A stretch of DNA of 64,000 bases. It comes from Octopus bimaculoides. Taxonomy: Eukaryota. Numbering within the stretch: the first letter of the stretch is position 1; each line of letters opens with the position of its first letter. This document shows, piece by piece, positions 51,741-64,000 of the stretch. The notes beneath the pieces were generated by a model. It saw nothing but the letters and a program-made list of their open reading frames with translations, had not been told where the DNA came from and made no database searches. The translations under genes were made by a program, and so were the position numbers. The stretch lies in NCBI RefSeq assembly GCF_001194135.2, contig NC_068998.1:53103097-53167096 (forward strand), in the 5' to 3' direction.

Positions 51741-52451
51741 GGGAGCTCACTCTATTTCTTGAAATGATACGATAGCATAATAAAAGTTTTGAAACAAAAG
51801 TAACAGATTTACACAAAGCAAGAGAGAAAACATTATTTTTTTGTTTCCTTTTGATATACATATATCATTGACGCTTCTCCGTAACAACATTTATATATGT
51901 CAAAGTATAGAGTGAACTACGAGTTCGGAAACTTCTTTCAATGACATGCTAATTAAATTATTTGTCTTTAGTTGATTGTCTGCAGCTAGTTTCAATTAGG
52001 CATTACCAGTAAGTGCAATGTAACTGTCAAAGACTTCTAAAGCCAGAGGACGATTCTTACTAATTTTGAGAAAAGCTAAGCAATAAATCCTAATAGATTC
52101 TTTGAAATTCATTTTAATACTCTGTTCATAAAGTAGATTTATTACCGAAACGTGTGTGCTGATGAATGGTGTAAACTATGCGCATGCGCTAGTGGTCTCT
52201 TGTATTGGTACATGTTTTATTTATTAGTTTCTAAAACTTTAGAAACAGCGAATTATGGAGATGAGGTGAAAGAATGAAAAGACAGAGAATATTTATATGT
52301 ATGTGTGTGAGTGTGTGTGTGCGTGCGTGCGTGTTGGGGATATTGGTGATCTGTATGTACGTGTGTGGAAGTGTGCGTGTGAGTGTCAGTATGTATGTGT
52401 TCGAGATAGAGAGAGAAGTTTGTGTTTGTGTAGAGGCAAGCTAATGTATAT

Positions 52452-52452
<1 letters not shown>

Positions 52453-52534
<82 letters not shown>
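52453..52534 (+). repeat. Compound (CA)n(TA)n microsatellite
   Basis: Visible directly. Confidence 0.97.
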
Positions 52535-52537
<3 letters not shown>

Positions 52538-53745
52538 CAACAAATGTACAAGCGCCGAGTGAGTTGATATTTCGCAGAAAATTAAGTAAACTCGAAAGCG
52601 AAATAGCTATGAAAATATTTTTACAATATTTAGTAAATAACCGCTCAATCTTCTAAGACAGCTATTCTGCGTGTGTGTATATATATATATATATAAATCT
52701 TACACTAAGGTCCATTAGCAATGGTTGCAATATTTCGTGCTATACTCCAAGATTTGTCATAAGGTAAATCCGTACTATTGACAGTATATGTACTGCGGTA
52801 GATAAACGAATCCCAACGCAGGTAATACATTATAGACGGGAGTGTGCATAAAAGTGCCTTACAGCTGTTTCAGAAATAAATCCGAGGTTGGCGCAGTTCT
52901 GTGCATGTTGGATGCAACCAGCATATCAGCGTTACTGCATTCTATATTCTGAGAGAAGAGTCAACATTCGAAAATCTGTGTGGAAATTAAGTATGTAAAA
53001 TTTGCATATTATTTCGAGAATGAATATTCTGTTATTGCAGACACTTCTCAGTGCAAGATGCATAAATGTGTGTGGGTGCATGCGCGTGTGCGAGCACTTG
53101 CATTTGTAGCCATGAATAGATGAAGACATATATGTATAGAAAGATATAATGTATACAGATATGCACATATAAACATGGACTAAGCGAATAATTGGCATGT
53201 GTAAATACGTGTATGTTTATGTGCGTGTGTGTGTGTCTGCATGTATGTGTGTGTCTGCGTGTGCCCATATGAACACTACAAAAGGGCAGAAACAGAGAGA
53301 CAGACAGACAGACAGAAAAGGAGAGATGGAGTTGAGTAAGAAGAACGGAACGAGGGAGAGAGAGAGGGTGGGATTTGGATAATTAGGGAAAGAAAATAGA
53401 AAGAGAAGAATGGAAATAGATTATACATTAATAGATAAAGAAGATAATCGTGTAGATATACATCACGTGATATCATCAAGAACGGCATGTAGCAATAACC
53501 ACTCATAGCAAACCTTTGGAAATCAGTAAACTAATATTGCGATAAGACTTCTTGTAGAGTTGATTGTTGTTATTATAAAAGAAGTGTTTTCTAAGCAGGA
53601 TCCACTTGAATATCTGCAGCCATTGTAACACAGTCCAACGCCTGCTTGCTCTGAGATAAATCATTTCCTGTAGCTCCTTATTGAAAATGTATATAATATG
53701 GCAAGAAGAAACACTGGTAGATACATACTTACTTTCTTACATACA

Positions 53746-53790
<45 letters not shown>

Positions 53791-54494
53791 GCTATAATAT
53801 ATATTAAATATTTATTTACTCATGTGAGAACGCATATACACACACACATATGTATGTATATATATATGTATATATCATTAAATACACACACAAGCACACA
53901 TACACACATATTTATATATATGTATGCGCTTATGAAAATCCGGATATATGGCGGTATATAAATGTGTATTATATATATATATAGATATAGATAGATAGAT
54001 AGATATGTTATTATGAGATACTATAAAAACATGTAAAGAGTGAAAAATTAACAATGGCATTCAATCGTAAACTACACGTTCGTGATCTATACGTGAGGGT
54101 CGGTTCGTTCACATTCACTGACGTTTAATTATGCAATGAGTAGTAGCGTACGTATGTGTCGGTGCATGTTTATAGACTGATATGTGTGAGGCTCTTCCTA
54201 TATATTTTCATTTCATTGTACTGAAGTATGAATGTACTCAGAATTCTGTGTCTTAAAATAGTAAAAGTCTGTTATATTACGGCCATGTATAAAGTCGAAA
54301 GACAATTACAGATTAAACCTTATAAGGACTTCAAACGCCGCTCTTCCTTCGTATGACTGCAAACACATACACACACACACACACATATGTATATGTGTGT
54401 GCCTGTTCATATAGATATAAATACATTTATAGATACATGCACATATCTGTATACATGCATACATATTGTGGCGCGTGACGTAGGTGTTTGTATG

Positions 54495-54582
54495 TTGCAC
54501 TCCTCATCGTAGGATTTTGGTTTCGATTCTTGGACTGTACGACACGCTCTGTTCTTCGGCAAAAACATTTTATTTCACGTGG
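54495..54582 (+). mobile_element. tRNA-derived SINE head, truncated at an (ATT)n tract
   Basis: tcgtaggattttggtttcgattcttgga...gttcttcggcaaaaacattttatttcacgt resembles the minus-strand head at 63005-63140. Confidence 0.45.
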
Positions 54583-54585
54583 TTA

Positions 54586-54630
<45 letters not shown>

Positions 54631-54633
<3 letters not shown>

Positions 54634-55189
54634 GAGAGAGCAGTGTATGCCATCAAAGTGACACTGGGCTAAAACATACGAAGCCCATTATACCCATCAT
54701 GACAACCCGTCTGATAAGGGTGCACCAGGCACATGCGTCACAACCATATGTACACGACATGGTGATCTCATATCAATATAAACAGTGCATGACCTCGCAG
54801 GTGGGGCCCAGTTAGAATTTTCTTCAGGTCGAGTAGCCCATCCCACTCAAAAGGTCCCTGAATAAGGTTTGTTTAAGGATGTTGAGCAAAACACACATAT
54901 TTCCAGAGGTGAATTATTCAAACCCCAAAGAATTCATCTCAACACATGACTATGATGCTTCCCCCACTAGTTCTGCTCGTGATCAGAGATGCACATATCG
55001 TCAGCCACCAAGGGACATGCTCGACTGGTTAATGTCGAACAAGTGACAAGCAAATCTGTGGTATTGAGCAGAATATTTGCTGCAGTCCATCTTTTATATC
55101 AAGACAAAACAATGTACATGATGACACTTCCAATCAATTAAGATCACAAACCATGAGAGCCACTGCCTGGTACTGCATCCGGGGATTTA
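54631..55189 (-). mobile_element. ~560-bp non-coding interspersed element embedded in an (ATT)n microsatellite
   Basis: A complex, more GC-rich block is bounded by (ATT)n on both sides (54583-54630 and 55191-55231). I recall this sequence as a high-copy octopus repeat (unverified). Strand is inferred from the (AAT)n tail. Confidence 0.65.
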
Positions 55190-55197
55190 CTATTATA

Positions 55198-55232
<35 letters not shown>

Positions 55233-55799
55233 GTTTTACGTTTGAGATGTTTTTATTCTCTATCAATACTTGACAATCGGGTTTGGTTTGTTTATTTCCC
55301 CGTAGCAAAACGGTTCGCTAAAGAAATGTACCACAATTATGAATAAATACTTAGGGCGTTCTGCTTGACTGAACTGTTCCATAAAATTTCCCAGCATGGC
55401 TGAACCAAGTAAGACATAACTCGAAGAAGATATTTCGTTTTTGGATTTGGTTTGCAAGATTCTTTATGTGAGCTCGTGTGTTGAAGCATATTCTGTTCTG
55501 TCTGGGGAGAGTCATTTTCTTTTTGTGCCTCATAATTGAAGAATATAACATAAGATAAACTGCGCAAGTAAAAGCTAACAACGTTCCTCGGATTTCCTTT
55601 CAAACTACCAATACTGTTTTAGTATTCACTCAAAAAATTTCCTATGGGAATTTCTCACAAAGCCTGCAATTTCGTATGTTGTTTCGACGTAAATATAGCT
55701 TGAAGACAAATGTTAATAAGGTGCGGATTGTATTTCTCATGGTAATCAGATGCTATGATCCGCAGAGTTGGTAGCCTAAACAAACTTAAGAGAATATTT

Positions 55800-56082
55800 T
55801 TTCTTTCATATTTTACTTGATCCAGTCAGCGTATTGCGGTCATGCTGGAGTAACACGATGAAAGATTTAATTGCAAAAATTGAATCCTAATACATATTTG
55901 TTAATTATTACATCGGAATCTTTCGCCGAACCGTTATGTTAAGAGAACGCGACCAGGAAAAAAAGCACTTGTTCTCAAGCTGAGATGGTGAGTTTATAGT
56001 AGAAAACGCTTTACCAAGCTGCCACGCAGTACGACAGTCCCCGGAACCATGTGGTTGGGAAGTAAACTCTTAACGACTAAAC
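55800..56082 (-). mobile_element. SINE family B, degenerate with internal deletion
   Basis: gcggtcatgctggag...ctttcgccgaaccg...tatagtagaaaacgctttaccaagctgccacgcag...ccggaaccatgtggttgggaag. Confidence 0.72.
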
Positions 56083-56479
56083 ACGATTATCAAGGAAAAC
56101 TGAACTGCATAATGAGAATGACATATCATAATGATAACTATGGAATATTTCACTCGCTACGTGGTTGGAGATATCAGCTAAAAGTATGCAAATATAGTAG
56201 AAAGTGCATTTTATTGAACAATATTAAAAGATAATTATTATTTTCAATTTTCAATAATTTAATCAGTGAGAAAGCATCCTATATAAATCTATTCTGAAAT
56301 TGAAAATAGAGGTAAAGTTAATAATTTTTGAATTCTTTCAAATATTCCTTTGAATTTAAATTGAATAAATTTTGTTATTCATGAATGTTAAATGGACAAA
56401 GTATTTTAATAATAAAACTTTGAATTCTTGCCGGAAGCTACGCGACGGGGCTCAACCTGCTTATTGTAATGATCATTAT

Positions 56480-56781
56480 TATAATGACGACCATGAGCTG
56501 CGACACCATAACCACCATCTTCATCCCCGCTACATCACTGGTATCATAAGTAGCACAGCTAGAATAACTACGATGCCACCACGAATGTCACTAATCCTTC
56601 ACCGTTTATTCTATGCCATCAACGTATCACTATCACCACCGTCATCATCATCATCATCATCATCATCATAACCATCATCAAATTCAACACCATCACCAAC
56701 ACTACCACCATGTAATCATCATCATCATCATCATCATTGTCGTCGTATTCGTCGACGTTATCGTTGACATAGTCGTCATCG

Positions 56782-56818
<37 letters not shown>

Positions 56819-57135
56819 TCTCATCTTCAATATTATACTCTCTCCTCTCCTCGTAAAGCCCTTCTCTCCTTCTTCTTCTTCGTCCTCCTCCTTGTCCTCC
56901 TACTCCTTCTCCTCACCATCATCACCATCATCATCACCGTCCCCATTCAAATGACCTCGTACTCTCCCTTGCTCTCTATCATTCAGCAGTAATACCAGCC
57001 ATACCCTTACACCCTTTATTTACATTCCTTATAATGTCACGGTGAATGGACATTACAGGCATCATCATCGACAACAACTTCTGCAACAGCAACATCAGTA
57101 ACAACAACAACAACAGCAACAACTACTACTACTAC
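56480..57135 (+). repeat. Low-complexity trinucleotide region: (CAT)n, (CAC)n, (TCC)n, (CAA)n, (CTA)n
   Basis: Visible directly; explains the poly-His/Ile/Ser ORFs. Confidence 0.92.
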
Positions 57136-58599
57136 TACATCGAAGGAGACAAGATTAAACACTTGTCACCTAGTTATTTTGATCTCGATCTTTCTCATTT
57201 TCTTTAATCAATGAATCTCACGCAGCCAGACAAATGGTGTGCGCATGAGTGTTATGTGAGTGTGTGAGTGTGTGCTTGTATGCGTGTGTGTGCTTATGTG
57301 CTTTCGTGTGTGTATATAGACATAGATATTCACATATGTATATGCTTGTATTCGTATATACACACACATTTACTTACATACAGTCGCACATAAACACATA
57401 CACACACAAGTATACACAAGCACATAAACACATGCGCTCACACACACGCGCACACATACACACGCGCGTACACACACACTCACACACATATGTAAGAATG
57501 AATGAGCGTCCGTGCGTGTGTGTGTGCCAGATCATAAGTAATAAAGGTGTCTGCAGAAACGGGAAAATACAATTTTGAATGTTGTGGGCGGACAGGAGTA
57601 TTAAGTAAGTGCTAATCCTTTTCTTACATTGATCTAGAACTTCAAACAGCTGGAATATACTGCTTAATTATATTTCAATATATTTCTTCCAAAGTGTAGT
57701 CTCCGAATCCCTTCTTTACAAGCTCTAATCAATATTCTAATTTAACAGCGAATCATCCAAACGGAAGAATTTCTGCAATTCTTCTGTTGGGTTTCTTTAT
57801 TATAAATTCTAATTCATTCGTCGTATGAAAATAATAATTTCATTGCTCTTTTCATCTGGATTGTTATTAGTGTCCTCGTTATCTGCGTCTGTTCAAGTTG
57901 TAGTTATTCATCTCCAGTGTGTCTCTAACTCTGATCAAGTATGCCTAAGCGACGAATTATCTAGTTTTTGTTTGGGGTATCACATATCTGGGACATTATC
58001 TCCAAACGCATTCCGTTGTTAGTACGCTAGGTTGTGAGAACAGGTTCTCCGTCGGACAGCAGCGTCTTCTGCACTATTGTTTGTCGTCGCTATAGTTGTG
58101 CCGCCATCTTCGTCACTGTCTTTGTGTTTGTTCTTGTGTATTATTTAATGTTTTTCATCTCCAGGTCTACCTTACTATTAAAATGACCAAGCTATGGAAC
58201 GTAGCACTGCCGTGGCCGCGATGTCTTTTACTTTTACTTTAAAATAAACGCGTGTGACATGGAGGAACGTTTCCATATTTCTCCTTAGCCGAGCCAGTTT
58301 TTCAGTTAACACCCCTGCGTTCTATTGCCCTCATTATTTTTGTGTGTTTTGGTTGTTGTGTTCTAGCACCAAGATATTCCTACGCTGAAAAGTGCACCAC
58401 CTGCGAGAAACTCATTTTCCTAAGACGATGCGTCTAGAGGACAACATTACTCAATATATACTTGCAGTTTGATAAGGCAGTATCGTATGGTTGTCTGGTT
58501 GTTATTTCTCACAGATTTAGTTGGCAGCACATACTATCCACAAACATGCACACACACACACTAGAACACATGCGAATACACACACGCACATATACATTC

Positions 58600-59044
58600 G
58601 GTGCAAAGTTTTTTTTTTTTAAATACGGAGATGGCGTTAAAATCAAGTACAGCGTATTAGGTTGGAGCCAACGCAATTGGCCAGCATTGATTTTTATGGA
58701 ACAGTTATTTCACGTGATTTCGACGTGAAATGGGTTCTAATATTGTGTTACAAATTACTGTTTGGAAAAAAACGTGAACTTTTTCCATCGAACATTTTTT
58801 TAAAATCAATATTTAGATATTATTTTTTTAGGGCATCACTTCTTTCGATTTCAATCTTTATTTGTATCTATGCATATCTACATACATGAATGCATAAATA
58901 CACAAATGCACGTGCATGTACGTGTGTGCATGTGTGTGTGTGTGTGCGTGTGTGTGCGTGTATGCATATGAAGTGACCGTATATACCTAATACATTGTGT
59001 TTGATGTTTACGCCATCTCCGTGAGTTTTAAATAATTTTGCACC
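58600..59044. mobile_element. Element with ~60-bp inverted arms containing mariner-TIR-like words
   Basis: 58600-58661 (ggtgcaaag...acggagatggcgttaaaatcaagtacagcgtattagg) matches the reverse complement of 58986-59044 (ggtgcaaaa...acggagatggcgtaaacatcaaacacaatgtattagg). TATTAGGTTGG follows the left arm. Confidence 0.65.
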
Positions 59045-59093
59045 ATGTGTGCTGCGTGTGTCTGTGTGTGAGTATGTGTGTTTGTACGTATGC

Positions 59094-59146
<53 letters not shown>

Positions 59147-60751
59147 TGTGCGCGCGTTTGTGTGCATGTATAAGGATAATATTATTCAGGGTTGGAATTA
59201 ATCGTTTCCTATTGCTTCGTTAATCTTAGCATCTGTTATATTTTAAACGAACTTTCAGTATTCCGATTATTTTGTGAAACTATTTGTTATCTTCAAAGAA
59301 TATCCTATTAGGGAAGAGAACTTTAGACAATTGCAACCGAATTATCAAATTCTACAAAACACTTCTAGACTTTAAAACGTAGTATTAAGCTTCTGGCAAC
59401 GTTGATGATGCAAAATTGAACTTCTTGTTGACAAAATACAATTTCCTGTTACTAATTGTCAGTTGGATCGATTAGAAGAAATCATTTCTATGATGTTACT
59501 CACAGGTGAATTATAACATACTTGAAGTCCTTGAAGTATGTTTTTTCTTTGGTCAATCCCTCCATTAACATGCAGTATTAAATTATGGAATGTAATTCAT
59601 GTTTTCAATCATGTTACCAGATTTTAATAAACGCCAACATAAAACGAAATAGCTTTGAATTTTGCAGGCAAATTAATAACAACATTGGCATTACACACTT
59701 GACGTAAATATTATCTCACACAAAAATGGAAATAATTTTAAAGGTAAAGACATGGATAATCCTTGATGTAGACAGTAGAATAAAAATTCTGTAAAAAAAA
59801 GGATTATAAATAATAAACTAAGGCTCGTGAAATAACTTATCATGTTATAGTTATGCTATAAATGAATGAAAAAATGTAAATACTTCCAAATTTATTCTAT
59901 GTTCCGAAACCATCAAAGATATTCAATGCAATTAATGGTTGAAATCTGATGAAAGGTTTCGTAAGCCGATTCAAACTAGAGGAATATTAGAACGTGGTAA
60001 TTGATATGCTGACTAAAATTTCGGTAATGGGAAAAACAGAAGGAAAATATATGCCCTTCCTGAAAAACTAAGTAAATATCTCATCCTAACGAAACGTATA
60101 GCCGAATAAATTTTGCTAGAATAAATTTCATGCTATTTCTGGAGAATAAAAATAAGTTTTAGAAAATGTCTTGTTGAAAATCAAGTGTTACTTACATTCT
60201 AGTTTATTTCACATTATTCCTTGCAACGCTTTCAACCTAAAACGAAAGGTGTATGAGATTTACATCTATTTGCCCAGAGGTGTATGTTATCGTAATACAA
60301 TCATATGACAACGTTTGAGTTCATTCCCTTTCATTTTAAATTGTTTGTATTTGCTGAGATTGCATTAAATTTGATCATGTTGGAAACACACATGTTCTTA
60401 TTAATTAAATAATATAATCGTCGGGTTGTTTCCGGCATCACTATATTCTTTAGGCATCTTATCGTAAGCTTTCAAATACATTGGTACACTTTCTTAAAAC
60501 CAGTAAATCAAGTTTAATATTCAAATATCTCTTCCATATTCAACTTTCAGGGATTGTATTTCCCTGGGGGTACCACAGTTTATTCATTAACACTAAGTTT
60601 TGTACCCCCTCTACTCCATTAGCACTATGTATTCCCGGTTATGTTGGTTCAAAGGTTTCAAGAAATCAAAACAAGCAAAAAGCTACTTGAATGTGAAACT
60701 TAGGAACGATAGGAACGACAGCCTTATTCACGCGCGCGCACATGCTCACGC

Positions 60752-60752
60752 A

Positions 60753-60813
<61 letters not shown>

Positions 60814-60834
60814 NNNNNNNNNNNNNNNNNNNNN

Positions 60835-60880
<46 letters not shown>
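60752..60880 (+). repeat. (CA)n and (TA)n microsatellites separated by a short N-gap
   Basis: Visible directly. Confidence 0.96.
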
Positions 60881-60885
<5 letters not shown>

Positions 60886-62841
60886 TCACACACACAAACA
60901 ATCATATAAGGAGAGATAAGGGTAAACAGTTATCGGTACATGCCACCTATAGCGAGAGTGTACGATGCCTGATATACAAAGGTCTATGATAAATAAGGCT
61001 ATGAACCGCTACATTACGCGCTTTGTTACTACCAGCCAGTTTCCATTGTTCTACAAAACGATTGGTTGAACGAAAGTCTTAAATATATGCTTAAGTCTTA
61101 GTTACCTCCTTACACGCCCAAGCTCACATACACCTATACACACACACTCTCTCACATATTTGCACACATGCACACACAACTATACAAACACTTGTTGGTT
61201 GAAATGTTTTACACATTTTTTTTTAATTCTTCATTTCATGTAATCTCATTTATCATAATAGAGTTTAACAATCACAATTGTATTTTGAGATTTTTCCTCT
61301 CCTTTTTTTTTATTTCACGGCAAACATGTCCATTAGTTGAATGAAACTAAATCAAACTCCAAATAACTTTCTATTGAAATATAAAGTTAACTAATTCTGA
61401 AGTTGAAAGTTTTTTTTTTTGTTTTGTTTTATTTTGCTCATCAATTTATTCCATCGGTATAATTATTCACTTAGATTTGTTATTCAGATCCTTCGAAGTT
61501 TTTCTTTTATAGTTTACATGTATTTTAATAGCATTTTAATGTAAATAAAACGTATTTATTTCAAGCTGTTTGTCAAAATAGATGATACATTTATAAAATT
61601 CAGCGAGAAAGTACAAGAAACACTATATACTTTTAGCTATTTCCATCTTGCATGAGAAAGCAAAAAGGGAGAAAAATAGATAAAGGTGAAAACGTTGATA
61701 GAGACAGGCGGGATGCAACATACTGATGCGGAGATAAGAGGAAGAAGTATCAACATATATCCACTAAACCACTACAGAACAAAGCAAAACAAACAAGAAG
61801 AATTTAAGATACCTGTGTAAATTATATTCATTATGATTCTAGTGGCGTGTGGGTATCAAGAATCACTTTACTCAACCACTTTCAAACCATACTCTCTTTG
61901 ATAAGATACGTTAAATAGAAAACTCGTATAAAATCAACAGGAGAGGAAACTGCAAATACAGTGTTGAAGTGTAATTAGCAGCGACAGGATCTGGGGTAGT
62001 AGTAATTTATTACTAGGGCCTGCAACGGTAACATCGTAATGATAATAATAATAATAATAATACTGTTGATATATATATATATTTTAAAGATACTAGACAT
62101 TTTCTTTTGTCCTTCTTCTGTTTGAAGAGCGTACATTTAAGTTTACGCTACCGTACATGATGTGAAAAGTTGAAGATAAATTTTAATCAAGTCCAACTAA
62201 AACCGTAATGAACAGAAACTTCATTAGTGTTAATGAAATATTCTCACAAAATGGACAACGGAAGAATTCACAAAATTTCAAATTACAACATAAAATGAAG
62301 AAACGCTGCAGGATTTACGATTCTACCTTTGAAATCTATTGGCGTCTATATTTCTTGTTTTATTAATCCTTACTTGATACAATCACATTCCACGTACTCA
62401 AAAGAATCCTCTGTATTACCACTCAACCGGGTGGAAGTAATACTTAATTCCCACTCAAACCAATCCATATTGTTGTTGTGCATAAATTTGTACATATTGC
62501 ATAATGTAGATTTATATATACTCACGGAAAATCTGTCTGCACTATCACAGCTAGACGCCAGTTATCATAGGTCAGGTAAATCAAAGACTAAATAATATAT
62601 GCGCGTAAATAATAATACAACGATTCGACAACGTCTGATAAGAGGTCAAACTACAACAACAAAATAAAAAGAAAATCTACCACATATATTATTAGAGTTA
62701 TTTAATACGTTATCGTAGCAAGTCTCATAATTGCAGCCATTGCTCCAACCTCGATGATCAGTAAACAAAAGTTTTCTATAATACCTTAAACGAGTGGAAA
62801 TGGACTGCTAAGACTTATGTATTCGAATATAGGTCTTGAAC

Positions 62842-63140
62842 TGGCATTGCGTCGGTTACAACGACGATCAATGGGACATCGGACAGCCTGCTCGAGAAAT
62901 TAACATGCCCGAGTATTACACAGACACGGGCATACATTAAGTATTTCTCAAGTAGATTCGGCGTGACACACAATGTGATCAGTCTGATCCTTTGAAATAC
63001 AGGTACAACTCATTTTCGCCAGCTAAATGAACTGGAACAATGTGAAATAGTGTCATGCTCAAGAACACAAACTGCCACCGGGAATCGAACTCATGATCTT
63101 ACGATTGTGTGGCGAATACGGTAACCACTAAGCCACGCAC
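62842..63140 (-). mobile_element. SINE with a tRNA-like head and the family C 3' module
   Basis: Minus strand: gtggcttagtggttaccgtattcgcc...gagttcgattcccggtggc (A and B boxes)...tgtgttcttgagcatgacact..., then cctgtatttcaaagg...gagcaggctgtccg shared with 50527-50705. Confidence 0.77.
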
Positions 63141-63705
63141 CATCACCAATATGTGTTTACCATGACATATATAGCTACTTAGGAAATCTGTCATTTCAGC
63201 TATTTCCGAGGGTTACCACATTTCTTTGAAAATTATCCAAGATTACTTTCAAAGCTATTCTGTGTCCAAATATATTTGTAACAACAAAGCAAGTAGCTTA
63301 CTCAAATAAGGAATCTTTCGTGTGGAAAAAGAAACGTAAAGATTTTGATTTAATTGAAGAATGCTTAATTAACCATTCATATTTCCCGACAAATGTTTTC
63401 TTGATTTATATATCTACGGTCACACTAAGACGGTAAAACAGAGAGAAATATCAAAAGTAGTGCACATATTAAAAGTTCATCATTTAGAAATTGTGCTTAA
63501 GTAGAATTAAGTTATTTTATGATGAAAACAACATAGATTACTCAATGTCTAGCCTTCTAAAGTGACAAGAAATACAAAACAGTGTATAAATAGCTGCAAG
63601 CAATAACATTCTTTCATTTGACATTTCCAAGTTAACCACAACAATATAAACACAACACTTTAAATCGATATACATATATATATATATATATATATNNNNN
63701 NNNNN

Positions 63706-63990
63706 TACGTATACATATATATATATATATTACGTATGTATATATGTATATATGAATGCATGTATGTACGTATACATATATATATATATATATTACGTAT
63801 GTATATATGAATGCATGTATGTACGTATACATATATATATATATATTACGTATGTATATATGTATGTATATATGAATGCATGTATGTACGTATACATATA
63901 TATATATATATATATATTACGTATGTATATATGTATGTATATATGAATGCATGTATGTACGTATATATATATATATATATATATCTTTAT
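63706..63990 (+). repeat. Minisatellite of ~55-70-bp compound units
   Basis: Core atgaatgcatgtatgtacgtata recurs near 63752, 63807, 63872 and 63943, separated by variable (TA)n-ttacgtatg spacers. Confidence 0.9.
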
Positions 63991-64000
63991 GCATAGATAA

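Noticed and set aside
56372-56954. Poly-His/Ile/Ser ORFs (also 23764-24189)
   Set aside because: Trinucleotide repeats are stop-free in most frames; there is no splice or domain evidence.
58367-58437. YAEKCTTCEKLIF, resembling the start of a LIM domain
   Set aside because: The frame stops before the remaining zinc ligands and there is no usable donor.

Overview
This is an AT-rich, microsatellite-dense animal genomic window with five N-gaps. I infer a coleoid cephalopod, probably Octopus, from my recollection of its SINE families; no database search was run. I recognise no intact protein-coding gene, rRNA, functional tRNA or CRISPR array. Most ORF-track entries are artefacts of microsatellites, N-gaps or antisense reading of transposons. 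The window contains three degenerate mariner transposase remnants, about 20 tRNA-derived SINE copies from at least three multi-copy families, several inverted-repeat (MITE/foldback) elements and a ~560-bp element embedded in an (ATT)n tract. The best leads are: (1) disabled Penelope-type minimal hammerhead ribozyme motifs, one abutting a tRNA-like Pol III head (retrozyme-like element); (2) a 72-nt foldback capped by a C(UUCG)G tetraloop; (3) a CCAAT/GC-box/TATA promoter-like cluster on the minus strand, with unverified exon candidates downstream; (4) two SINE types sharing one 3' module. All gene models are speculative and need RNA-seq or homology checks. Coordinates were counted by hand and ends of degenerate repeats are approximate.
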